From Cercozoa sp. M6MM (lineage: Eukaryota; Protista; Endomyxa: Ascetosporea), in assembly GCA_040357565.1 (NCBI GenBank), contig JBDODJ010000003.1: 64,000 bases of DNA. One strand, 5' to 3'. A program made the position numbers and the translations under genes. The notes beneath the pieces are model-generated. The model made no database searches and was not told the DNA's origin. It was given only the letters and a program-made list of their open reading frames with translations. Shown here in pieces: positions 40,025 through 52,099 of this stretch (position 1 is the first letter of the stretch; each line of letters starts with the position of its first letter).

Positions 40025-40604
40025 ATGTGGGCTATTGCGCTGCTCTTTGCGGCAGGATGCGGCGCTCTAGAGTGCTACTGGGGTGTGCCCGCACAGAGTC
40101 ACCCGCCGGAAAACCTCGTTTGTGCCTGCGATGCTGCAACGTACAGTGCAGTCTAGAGATACTCAACATGCACCCGTATTGATATTGTAGAGGACGCTGG
40201 CGAAACTGCACGCTGCAACAGACACTCACGCAAAGCAGCAGCTGCGCAACGCAGTGCAACGACACTCTTGCTCGTGGAGGTTGCTGTTGGAACGGTAGCC
40301 AGTTGTTATCTTCGTTTTCACTAGTTTTGTCAAAACTATAGTTGAGTTCAGTGGTACTGTTGAGTGTAAAAGTAGCACTGGTGGATCAGGATGACCCTAT
40401 GTTTGACACGCCTTTTTGCGTCGAAGCTGATGGTACTAAGACCGTGATGATGATCGTCGAAAACTGAGAGTCTGTTTTGTAGCATACGAGATGATGGATC
40501 GCGTCATGCTATGTCAGTGCCAACGCCAGATTAGCTCCACTGACACCAAAGCGCAAGCAGTCGCAGCAGGTGCACTTATTCGTGAATGCTTGCCGATGGA
40601 CTAA
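40025..40604 (+). CDS. Small secreted cysteine-rich protein (missed by the ORF track)
   Basis: MWAIALLFAAGCGALECYWG...CACDAAT|GRWRNCT...SCATQCNDTLARGGCCWN|..FCVEAD|..LCQCQR..., assembled from four short exons with GT-AG introns. The 3' end is uncertain. Confidence 0.5.
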
Positions 40605-41405
40605 ATCCGGAACTTGGAACTGAGACGACAAACACCCTAACGGGCAATATCTGCTCAGTAGTAGCACGGAGGTAAACTGTGCAATCTAAGCCAAAAGACC
40701 CCCGAAAGTCAAGCACTTTCTCGTTTTCTGGCTACACAAGCAGCGTTCCCGAAACAAGCATTCTAGCAGCGCAGATTAGAGCGTTTGACCATCTTACCTA
40801 GTCCAAGATGTATCAAGCACATCCTGGTTGCTTTCTAATACACCGTTGACTGACCGGGTTGTGTGACTGACCCGGAAATTGTGACCATTTCGAGTCCGAC
40901 CCAGAAGGCCCAAGCATTGACTGCAGAGTGCAACAAAAGTATCACAGGTCAGCAGAGAGTATTTTTGGTTCACTCTGCAGCAAGAGACTGGTCAAACAAT
41001 GCTCTCTGGGACCAGGCCAGGTGGGGATCATTCTTATCTCCCGACATACTGCGTTTCGTAGAGGCTAGAGTAGTCAGTAGGCTGGGTTTTCTAGAAATAG
41101 AACGATCCGAGTGACTGAGACTGCACCACTAGCACCGCACAGTGCAGAAATCACAATCCTCAATAGATTAAAAGCAAGTCCAAAGTGGTCCACATGTGAC
41201 CAGTCACATGGACACTCGCTGTTCTGAGAGTGACATGCTTTTGGGACTTAGTTGACACTTCATCTGCAGTAAGCTGGTGCCACTAGCCGTGTGACACGTG
41301 TGTGCTGGGTCACTGTGTCTCTGGGATACTCAGAAGTGCTCGTGTTGTGTGCACAGAGAAAGGCAGAGAGAAAAAAGAAAGCAAGAAAGACAAGTAGAGA
41401 AGGAG

Positions 41406-42717
41406 ATGCGCCTAATCTCCAAACTCAAGGACTTTTGGCACCGCGGCGCACGAGAGAAGATCGCCACCGCGCTGGCCGCCACCGAGCGCGCCTTTGCGCA
41501 GATCCGCGCCGCACAACGCGAGCTGGGCCGCATCAGTGCGCGACAGGCTGCCGAGCTGGTGCTGCTGCGACAGAAGATGCACGTGCGTCGCAAGCTGGGC
41601 ACTCTGGTGGCGCAGCAAACCGCCGCCCTTGCCCTTCGTCGCGGTACACTTACCTTGTTTTTTGAGGATACCTATTTATCATTATCTTTCTGATAAACCG
41701 AGTGTGCTGTCTATGTATGTGTTTCTGTGTGCACAGAGTTCCTGACACTCGCTGGCGAACATCCCATGGCCGACTTGCCAGCCAAACGGTGTCTTTCATT
41801 CACTTAAGCTTCTTGTGCAAGGGTAGGAGCACTGATGTTTGTGCATTGTCGTACAGCCTCACGCGTATTGCCTCGCGTGCCAGCGGCGAGCTGCAGCGAC
41901 AAGTGACCGCCATCAAGCGTGCCCACGAGCAGGAGCAGGCGCTGACGCCGTGTGCAGTCCAGGCGCTGGTGCAGGTGCACGTCGAGTTGTGCCTGTTGCA
42001 ACACAAGCTGCAGCGCACAGTGGTGACAGTGACACACTGTGTCGTTGTGCCACACTACAAGGAGTTCGACGACATCCTGGTCGAGCTGGTGCCCGAGTCT
42101 GTCAGTGCCAGCACCAGTGCCAGTGTCAGTGCCAGTGCCAGTGTCACTGGCGTTGTCGTTGACATTGACGACACCCCGACTCAAGTGAGTCAAGTCAAGC
42201 TCCACCGAGACGACATCAAGCTGCGACAACTCATCGAGCACGAGTTGGGCGTCGAGTACCTCACGCGCTTCCTGGCCTCTGAGTACTCACAGGAGAACAT
42301 TGACTTCTGGCTGGCGTGCCGACATTTCCAGACTCTTTTTGATGGGACCGAGCAAGGTACAGTACATCTAGACCTTCTCTGTGTCTCCATATATCTTATG
42401 TCTTGTGTACAGACGGTGACTGCCCAGCGAACAAAGAGACCGTTCGCATCAAGATCGACAAGGCCGGTCTCGACTACGACGAGATCGCCGCCAAGGCGCA
42501 GTGGATTCACGACGAGTTCGTCTCGACCGAGTCTCTGCGCGAAGTCAACATCAAGGACACAGAGCGACTCCTGGTCGTGCACAAGTGCGAGCACAAGCTG
42601 CTACACCGCGACATATTCTGTGCCGCCGCCGAAGAGGTGCTCGCGCTCATTGAGACCGACAGCTTCCGGCGCTTCAAGCGATCGCCGCTCTTCCAGGAGT
42701 TCCTGCAGAAGCTTTGA
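41406..42717 (+). CDS. RGS (regulator of G-protein signalling) domain protein with N-terminal helical region
   Basis: LRQLIEHELGVEYLTRFLASEYSQENIDFWLAC...AQWIHDEFVSTESLREVNI...IFCAAAEEVLALIETDSFRRFKRSPLF is a canonical RGS box. The start is uncertain. Confidence 0.92.
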
Positions 42718-43042
42718 GACGGCAATCGTTTCCCGTCTCACCGACACCATTGTACTAACAGCATTGCAACGCAAAAGACGCTGACGCGTCTATAGATACC
42801 ACTGTACAGTAGTTACTGTACTCAACTGAAGCTCCGGTACCTTTTCCTTTGCTTCCAGTACGCAGTACCGCCCTGGCAACGTGAGTAGTATCGCCTATTT
42901 GACGTTCCCAGACAACGGACCCGATTCCATGCGATGGTTGGTACAGATAGCGAGCTAATATCATTCGATACAGTCTAAGTAGCTACCATAATACAGCACG
43001 ATAGTACCCCGAAGAAGATGTCCTGGGGAACAAAATGTAAAA

Positions 43043-43420
43043 TGTGAGTTGGCTGGCCACACCCGACCTAAGCGGGCAGTGGATTACGGCAATGCGCTTG
43101 TGTGTTACCGCAGCCCTCTCAGATAGGGATCAGGGGAGTGGTAAAGAGGGTACTTTGCCGGTGATGCAAATATCTCAGAAAAGTCCGTTCTTGGAGGAGA
43201 ATGGCCAAGTGTCAGTTTGAGTAAATTATTCCAGCGGTTCAGTTGGGCGGCAAAGGAGTGGACGGGAAAGCCATCCGCCAGATGGCAACTGTAGAAAGGA
43301 CAGTCAGTAAAGGGTTGCCTTGTAAGCTTGACACATGAAGTGACGTATTCTCTTGCATCTCTTTGAAGCGTCGACCACGAGAAGCGGTTCTGGAAAGGCA
43401 GAGGACAGGTAGAAACGAAG
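43043..43420 (-). mobile_element. Internally deleted Ty3/Gypsy-like LTR retrotransposon remnant (integrase fragments, PPT, short TG...CA terminus)
   Basis: Minus frame: QNRFSWSTLQRDAREYVTSCVK resembles the integrase zinc-binding RFxWxxLxxDVxxYVxSC, and YSCHLADGFPVHSFAAQLNRW resembles the integrase C-terminal end. These are followed by purine tract GAGAGGG and a ~70 bp TG...CA segment. The DDE core is absent. Confidence 0.5.
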
Positions 43421-43422
43421 AC

Positions 43423-43526
43423 AACTTGCCGCGCGTGTCGACGAGTGACTGGTCTTGCACGAGCTGCCGGATGGCGGCGTCTGCTCAATACAGAAAGCAC
43501 ATGACCAAAACGGTTCATTCTCGATA
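43423..43526 (+). repeat. 104-bp near-identical copy of 45907-46013
   Basis: Identical except for a 3-bp indel (AATACAG vs AATACTACAG). Confidence 0.97.
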
Positions 43527-44532
43527 AGTCGAACTGATTCTCGCCTGACTAGTGCTGTAACTACTACCGTGACGTTAGTAGACGATATATACGCCCATAC
43601 GATACACATAAGCTATCGAATATGTTTTAAGCCAAACAAAAAGAGAGGGAGTGCACCGACAAAAAAGGGAAATTTGAAATTTATATTCACCAGAAGTAAC
43701 ACTTCGTGGTGTGGATACGGGACCCCCCCAGACACAGCCACCTCTTCTCTTCTTTTATTTTTCAACAACGCCGACAGAAAACAGTATTCTTCTACTTGCA
43801 AGTGCATCACGCCGAGTCGAGCAGTGCGGCAGCTGGACGTGCTGCAGGTCGGTCTACCAGGCCATTCGCTCGTCCAGTCGAGATGTTCTGGATCTAGTAT
43901 TGCCTGGTACAAGTAGCGCTGCTAACTAACTGTCAACTAGCACACAGCCGCACACAGCAGCAAACAAAGTTATAGCTCGCTTAAGTTGTCAGTTATAGCC
44001 AAAAATACCTGTTCCGGTGTTCCCGATCTCGCTGAGCGCAATTAGAGGTTTAGGCACGTCTATTAGGCAGGAAATACTAGTGGAAGCTCAGGACTGCCCA
44101 CAAAAGTGTCACTAGTCACCGGCGCTGTGGGTGGAGAAACGCGCACGGAGTGACTGATTTTGTTTGCAAACTTGATTTTTGTTGCGGCTCGAGAGCACGT
44201 CGGGAGGTGTGCAACGGCTTTTGTGCAGTTTTGAGAGCCCGCTGCACACGTCCCACATCTAATCTAAGCACGTTCTTGCTGTGGGCGCGGCTTCTGGGCG
44301 TTTCAAGTGGGTGTGTGCAGCGTGATGGGGCGAGTGTAGTGACACTCTGGCACACCTTGGAAGGTCGGATGGATTCCGGTGTAGCCATGTGAGTGCTTGG
44401 CACGCGATTTGTACAAAAAATTGGCCCCTTCTTTCACCACGCATTGTGTGAGTTTGAGACTTGTGATACGAGAAACTACCGAACGCCAGAGTGCACTGTG
44501 CACTATAAGAACGCTTTTTTGCGCTTTGTGAA

Positions 44533-45223
44533 ATGGTGAGTTTTCTGTGTGCCTGCGTTTCACTGTGCAACACTGTTGTTTGGTGCGTCGATGCACTGTG
44601 GGAGTGGTTTCTGGGCTGCTCCGAGAGTCCACTTCACTTTTGTCGTTTTTGTTTTGGCCCGTCGTTTTCTGTCTTTTGTTTTGTCTTTATACAGTCAGTG
44701 CATTCACGAGTCTCTGTCTCTGTGTGCGTGTGCGCAGACTTTCCTGCGCAACCTCTTCGGGTGCCTGCGTGCACCCCCTGACAACGAGACGGCGCCGACG
44801 CCTGCAGGCCCTGGGCCGTCGTGCGAGCATGAGAAGCACCTGCTGCTGCTGCTGAACAGCGACGCGGCCGCTCGCGAGTGCTGGCGTCTGCAGCTGCAGC
44901 GCCAGCAGGAGCGAGGCGCGTCTTTCCGCGTCTGCTGGAAGCGCCGGCAGCAGCAGCAGCGCCTGCAACTCCGCGAACTCGCCGTCGAAGCTGCTGCCGC
45001 CGTTCGAGAGCGACAGGAACGACTCGAGCGCGAGCGTCTGGAGGCACTCGAGCTCGAGCGTGAGGCGCGAGTGCTGCGCGTCGCCCGCCGTGCGCGCGAG
45101 CTGTTCCGCCACTTGCTGGAGCTTCGGCTGCAGCACGCCATCGCCGTGCGCTGCAGCAGTGCGCAGCCTTGCGCGCTCGAAGCGCGCTGCGGCTCGCCTC
45201 CTCACTTTCACCGTCGTCGCTGA
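44533..45223 (+). CDS. Orphan coiled-coil protein
   Basis: An ATG|GTGAGT micro-exon is spliced to ...GCGCAG|ACT TTC CTG at 44738, giving MTFLRNLFGCLRAPP...RERQERLERERLEALELEREARVLR...*. Codons are GC3-rich. Confidence 0.45.
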
Positions 45224-45881
45224 CTGCGACAAGGTGATTGCCGGGCTGTGACATGTCGCAACCCCCCTTCCCCCCGGTGTATTTTTACACCACCTTTGCT
45301 TCTTTAACACTACTTTCAACTTTCGAGTTATTATATTAATCGGTTGCCAGTATTTCAATTGTGCTGTATGTCATAATGAACGCTAACAACCTAGCACTGT
45401 ACCAGCCAGCATGAGTTTAATCGTGCCACCTCATGTCAATCACGTCAACTTCCGTTCATGACGGAGTTTACATTGCGTTGAGATGGGCAGCACAGCTGGT
45501 ACTGTACACAGTACAAGCACCGCTGCTTGTTGCAGTATACGATCCTTAGTCGCAGTGTTGTACTGTCAGCAAAAACCAACGGCAAACAGGAAAATATGGT
45601 ACTCATAGGTTTCGTTTCCAACGCAAGTCCGGCATCTTGGTGTTCCCAATACGCTCGCAGGATGGGTCATTGCGCGTACCCTACCCACAACAGAAACCAG
45701 TTCTAGCACACGTTGACATCCGTTATCAGTGCGATGGAAACTAGTAACTACTGTAAACTGACGGGAACTCCAGCTAGCTTCGCTTGCGTTGGTGGCGTTC
45801 AAGTTGACCCAAAAACAAATTACGGCTAACGCAACTGGACTCACGGGACGGGATTGAACGTGAAGTGTTGAGCTGAAGCGA

Positions 45882-46400
45882 CTAAACGGTCTGGTGAGGC
45901 CGCTTGAACTTGCCGCGCGTGTCGACGAGTGACTGGTCTTGCACGAGCTGCCGGATGGCGGCGTCTGCTCAATACTACAGAAAGCACATGACCAAAACGG
46001 TTCATTCTCGATATCGCTCGAGCGAGGGTTTGTACGGGCAGCAGCCGTTGAGACACTGTGCGTTTGGAGTTACTTGACGATCTCGCTCTGCGTGTGAACA
46101 CTGCCGAAGGGCACGACCTTCTCGAACACGCGCATGGCCTGCTCGACTTGTTTTGCTTCATCTCGTCGGTCACACTGCCGCACACACACAGTAAGTTTCA
46201 CAGTGCCTAGGCACACGACAGCAAAACTCAAAGCTGTACAGAATGGCTCGCAGGTTGTCGTCACCGTCCGTTGCTTGCTGCACACACAAGCATACACGGG
46301 TAGCATACAGGGGTAGCATCCCTGTGTACGATACGAGTCATCGCGCCAACGTCGACGGTCAGAGGCGCGGTGGAGTCACGTTTGAGGAACTGAAGGTGGT
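45882..46400 (-). pseudogene. Disrupted fragment resembling the MCM5 C-terminal winged helix
   Basis: VTDEMKQ/(frameshift)QVEQAMRVFEKVVPFGSVHTQSEIVK*LQTHSVSTAAA|HAAIRQLVQDQSLVDTRGKFKRP. In-frame TAA at 46070-46072; introns are retained. Confidence 0.45.
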
Positions 46401-46661
46401 GCGTACTGTAGACACAGAAAATTACTGTATGAATCAACTGAAAAAGAAGTTTTTTGCGGTTATTCCACTCTGACGGTCGACCGAGGACTCGACGAGAATA
46501 ATGTAAAGGCAGCGTTTTTCCTGGGGTTAACTGAGTACGTTTGTCGTTTTCCACTCAACCTGAGATATCTTGAAATGGACTGAGGTCAAAGTTGCGATCT
46601 GACTGGTCAGTGAAAGACTTAGTGACCTCAAGAGGGTCTGCAATCGGAATACAGTTTTTAG

Positions 46662-49408
46662 ATGCCAAGGCGTAAAGGAAAAAGCAGGAATGGGAGCTCC
46701 AGTTCTGGTCGCTCGCCTCGGAAGGCACGACGTGAGGAGCTCAGGAGACGTACGAGCAGTCGCTGCTCTAACAGCAGTCATTCAAGTCAAAGCGACGAGT
46801 CCAGTTTCTCGACTCTGTCAAGCTTCAGTGCACCTTTGAGGTACCGCCGATACTTCACCTTCCCAACTCGATGGGGTTTCTTCTACCTGAGGCATGCGTA
46901 GTTCAACTCAGATCAAGCGACAAATCCGCCGGCGCAACCAAAGGCAGCTAGCCTATCAGTACACAATGCCTTTTTGTTCAAAGAGCTATGCTTAGGCACT
47001 GTTCCCTGTTCAGACCCATGCCGCCGCATGTTCCCAGGCTGGATCTGCAGGAGTGCCAAAGCGCGCCGGCAGTTCCGGTGTGCGAAGCGCTTAGTACTGC
47101 CAATACCACATACAGTCGGAGGCAAACTGAAAGCGAAGTCGAAGAGTCTAAAATTAAATCTGTGCTACCTCTGTTGAAACTTGACTTCCAAAGGGATCGG
47201 AGGGTAAAGTGTTTTTCAAACATGATGCTAAATGTGCAGTATCTGTAACTTATAGTTGCGTCACCTTCATTTGCTTCATCTGACGCTCGCAGTGTGTAGT
47301 GTACTGTCAGCAATCACCATGCTTCAGCTGCAATTCAACTCCAACTCGAGAGTTTATGAACCCGATGACCTTGTCGACTACATCACGAAGGGGCTAGTGT
47401 CTGGTTGCACTTTGCTCATGCTGTTTGTATCTTGCTTGCGAAGAAGAATACTCATGCTGCAAGCGACAAAGGTATGAGGCTTCATACTTAAGGTTGCTTT
47501 TGCCCTCTCAACCGTAGGTGTTGTTTTAGGCAAACACGTTTCACCTTGTTCCATCTTCGTGGAAGTGGTTTTTCTTCACACTTTTTGTCATCATGCTTCA
47601 CATCCCGGTACAGCCTATATCAGGGAAAGAGCCACACTTAAATCGATGACTTATGTGCAGATTGGCGTGTCAAATGGAGATTTGCGGTTCACACTGCCCA
47701 ACTTGGGAGGATTGCGGCACTTCTTGGTGAGCTCCTTCCGTCTTAGTATATGTGCACCTTTTTAAAGCTACGACAACTCCAGGGAGTATCCTCGGAGATA
47801 GAGATCGGTGACACATGGCAACTGATTGTTGTTCTGCGACTGTTTGTTGCAGTGCGTGTGTTGAGGGACTACTCAATTCCGTATGTCTGCTAAGTTGTTC
47901 TCAAGGACCCTTGAGCAAAGCCGTGAAGTCGAACTTATATTTACACTGCATTAAATTTCAGCTACAAGTGGCGGCGAGCGCACAGTACGTCATCGGCAGA
48001 CACAAAAGACGAAGGACCTGTACATACCTGGGGTTTCACCTTGCGCACCCTCTTCTACCACAAACCGACCTTTTGCGTCGTCACGGTTCTCGTCGCACTG
48101 TAACTTCCCTTTTAGTTTAGTTTTCAGTGGCAGACTTACAGGAGAACCCACTCTTTGTAAATGTAGTGTGTTTGGACTGTCGTACGCGCTGTACATTGCT
48201 GAGCGAGAGAAGCACGTCAACCCAATCTTTGATCTGTCAACTGCGATTTCAGTGGCCTTTGGCAACCGTACTGATGTGGCTCTGAAGACGGCTAAAGGCC
48301 ACGTTCTGTCACTTCTTGCGATCTTATTGGTACCGGGGCAACTGACCTAAAACTGCCAGCAGGAGTGATACTTTTGTCCCTTCACACCAGGGTATTTTAT
48401 GGGTCGGCTTGACCTTTGTGGCCATTCAACGGGCTCTGCAATTGACGGGCAAGGAGTCCTCGGTGCGCGTGCTTTAATCAATGTGCAAACCATGGATACC
48501 ATGATAACTTTTCTGGAGTAGATGCTTGAGTGGACTCGCAAGGTGAGGACATACCTCGCTGTGAGAGAAGTCGCGGCAACGACGATCCAGGTACGATACA
48601 ATCTTAGTAAGCACCTGGCTTCTACCCACCTCCCATATCCTTAAAACAGAACCTTTGGAGAGGAAAACACTCGCCTCTTAAAAAAGGTAGTCTCACTGCG
48701 ACCAATAGTATCTACAGTTCGCACATTAAACGTCCTTTTTAAAATAGATATCGCTCTGGATGCACACAAGCGAGAGAAAGCAATCGAAAAGTAAAGCAAT
48801 TGAATTGTTCCCCACCCCAAGGAGATGCTCATATTTGAATTGGGTGTAGAGAAAAGCACCGGAAACTTCGGCACATCGCGCGCCGTTTTTCTTTGCCGCT
48901 GTCCGAGCTGCGAGCAGCTGTCGCGACACGCAAACAACAGCGTCAAAAGAGGTCGCGAGTGGTTCCTTTGGCGTTAGTGAAGGCTCGTCTTGAAAACAAA
49001 AATCCACAGCAAGGAGGCAACACAGAGACCCGCACAGAGCACGTCGTCGATGTCGCGAGCAGAGAGGCAAGCAACGACATCGAACACACTGCAGAAAGGG
49101 CATCGATAGACATCAACCACGGACCCGACACAGACACGGACAAGACCGAAGTAGTCTCCCCAAAGCCAGTTATTGCAACATCCCTCACACCAGGCCTGAA
49201 AACCGAAGAGGGTAGGCCACGGTCTGAGCAAGACAACAGTGACACAGTGCGACGTCAGCTCGCAGAACTAATCAGTCTGGCAAAGACGCAACAGCAGGTG
49301 CTCCTTGACTTGCAGTCCAAGGTCAGCGATATCCAGGCCAGGGTCGCTGCCTGGGACGAAGCGGAATACTATGAAGGCGAAGACGAGGAAGAGGAAGAAG
49401 AGGAATAA
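46662..49408 (+). CDS. SK/KCNN-type (small-conductance Ca2+-activated K+) channel homolog with degenerate selectivity filter
   Basis: S1 RRLRHLHLLHLTLAVCSVLSAITMLQL; S2 ITKGLVSGCTLLML; S3 FVIMLHIP; S5 LSYALYIAER; S6 GHVLSLLAILLGILWVGLTFVAIQRALQLTGKE. CaM-binding-like AVREVAATTIQNLWR...KHRKL. The C-terminal coiled coil contains LAKTQ, as in SK channels. Confidence 0.8.
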
Positions 49409-49585
49409 AGCCGGCACGCCCTATATATTTAATCCGACTCGGGCTCACAGGAATAACAAAGTAAAAGAAAAATAAAAGAAAGTTAGAAGACGTTTGGGGT
49501 GTGAGTTAGAGTTCCCTGTGTGATCTAAATTCCAGGAACAGCAAATAATTCGCTCAAGGCATTGTGGACTCCCTAGACCTTAGCA

Positions 49586-51973
49586 ATGGCATCCGTCGCT
49601 GAAACACATGAAAACCAATTGCGTCGGGACGCTCTGGCCGAGGTGAGTTTGTTTTGTTTTATCTCTGATGGCTCACAACACAAACGCTACGTGACTTTGC
49701 AAACAGGCAGCGAAGATCGAGCAAGCAGTGCGCAGGCTCGACTTTCCAATCGTATCTTGTACCAATGTGAGTGATTTCTTTTGGATACGAGAGCTGTCTT
49801 TGTAGTGTGGCGAACTGGACATTTCGGGCGGCGACGTGCGTCTCGAATTTGGCGGAGAAGTGAAAAGCTGCATTCCACTGCCTTGTGTGTCCAGGTAAAA
49901 CTACACCGATAGCTCGATAAACCATCGAACTTTGTTTTACTTGAGTTTAGCGAGTACAACGACGAGTTGAGCTTCCTGTGGGAGTGTGGTCAAGTCGCCA
50001 CGGTACCAAATCTGTTTGCTACGATATAACAACAAAAGAGACAAAGATGCTGATGTGCTCAGTTTGGGCGTGGCACCAAAGAGTGCTACGACGAGCGCTT
50101 GCGACGCGCCAAGCGACTGCTGCCGTCGCAGTTCAGTACCTCTTCTTAGCTTCATTGTGTCTGTTGTCGACAGAGTGCTTTCTCATTTGTTGACAGGACT
50201 GCATGGTGCGCTGCCTTCTCTGCGAAAACAAGTTGCCAAGCACGTTGCACCTCTGGTAAACACTCATGAAAAGTACCTGCAATTTGTACTGCACTTGTGA
50301 ACATCGAACATGTAGGCCAACCCGAAAGACTTGATTTTTAAGGCACACTCACTCAACATGTACCGAGAGGGTAGCATGAAACTCATACCTTACCAGTACA
50401 CCGACTTTAATTTGTTATATAGGCGGGTTCTTCGCGATGCATCGTGACACTCCGCGTGATCCATGTCACATTGGCACTGTCGTGGTACCACCTACCCTTA
50501 CCCTGACAGTATCGCTTTTACTTGTACCTAGTTTACCCCCCCCCCCTATCTCTGTCTACAGTTGTGTCTACCGGTGCCGTTTGAAGGCGGTGCGCTTAGT
50601 GTGAAAGTTCCTTCGAAACGTGGCTACAGCTATCGCGACGCTCGGCGGGAGGAAGGTGTGTTTAGCCCCCACCCCCCATCCTTTATCTCCATACCTTTGC
50701 CTTTCAGACGTGAGCGCGGGCGATCGCGATTTGCAGCGGCGGTGGCGACTACGACGGTTCTGTTCCAAGCAGCTGCGACGCCGTCTCATGAGCAGCGACG
50801 AGTTGGGCGATGACTATGCCGTCCACATGGCCGGTCGCGACACCTTCGTAGACTCCCCTTTGCCCTTTACCCTCCTCCTTACCCCATAGTTGACCCTCCT
50901 CCCGTTTATCCCATGTTGACCCCCTATTTACCCCCTGTTTACCCCACCACGTCGACTGAGATAGAAGGACACTGTAGGCGGCTACGACGACAATGACGCG
51001 CAGTGTGACCAGGTGTGTCTATTTAATCCGGCAACTGCTGTCATTGAGCGTACCGATTGATCCCACTGAGTGAGGTTAGGGCGACGAGTGGCCACGTGCG
51101 TACAAGGCAGCTTTTGGACCGCGGTTCCACTGCGACCGTGACTCGGAGTTTTCCTCGATCGCGTGCGACATTGACCGTACGGATACTGTTCTGGCTAGAC
51201 ACTGATCCCCGTCAGTCAGAGTGGCGGTGTGATCGCACATGTGTGACCACATTTGCACATGTGCACAGGTGTGTCGGAAGAGAGTACGTTCGTGCGACTG
51301 CGCGAGACGGTTCTGGACGTACAGCGATCGCTCGAGCTGGACGTGGCCGTCGTCGCTGCTGCCGTCGACGGTACCGCACGGTCAGGTCTCACCGACACTC
51401 ACGGTGACAGTGACAGTGACACTGATACTGAGGATACTGACGGTGACACTGTCGGTGGCACTGACGGTGGCATGGACACGTGGCTGCAGTGCGACTGGTC
51501 GCCGCGATCCACGACGCACGTGCAGTGGGCCGCCTTCTTTGGCGACACGCCGCACCGTGTTGAAACCGTCACTCGCGGACTCCGACTCACTCTGGCTGTT
51601 GATATCTACCTGCCGAAACCGTCACCGAAACCGTCACTTCAATCGATGCGATCACTGCGACCGTCGCTGCGTCGCTCGAGCGAACTCGCCGCTGGTGTCG
51701 ACCGAGTGCAGCAGCAGTTGTACCCCCCCCCCCCCCCCCCTACCCCTCCCCCTCTCACCCTCTTACCCTTCACTCTGATCCCGTTTACCCCCCTGTACGA
51801 AGACTTAAGCTGCTGCTGAACGCGTCGACACTCGGTACCACCGGTGGCAAGGCAGTCTGGCCATGCAGGTAGAGACTGTCGCTGGTTCAGGTTGGACACA
51901 CGTACCTGCCGAGTGTGTAGCCATTTGTACGTTGGCGAAGTACCACAGGGGTCAGGTACATGTGTGTGTGTGT

Positions 51974-52040
<67 letters not shown>

Positions 52041-52050
52041 NNNNNNNNNN

Positions 52051-52099
<49 letters not shown>

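Noticed and set aside
45930-46010. RanBP2-type zinc-finger-like readings (WSCAFC.. on minus, DWSCTSC on plus)
   Set aside because: The fourth Cys/Asn pattern is incomplete. The region is better explained as an intron plus the AAIRQLVQDQ exon in another frame.
46070-46072. In-frame TAA as evidence of stop-codon reassignment
   Set aside because: TAA, TAG and TGA all terminate intact genes here (e.g. 11636, 27012, 39241). Other apparent internal stops fall inside introns, and this fragment also has a frameshift, so it is a pseudogene.
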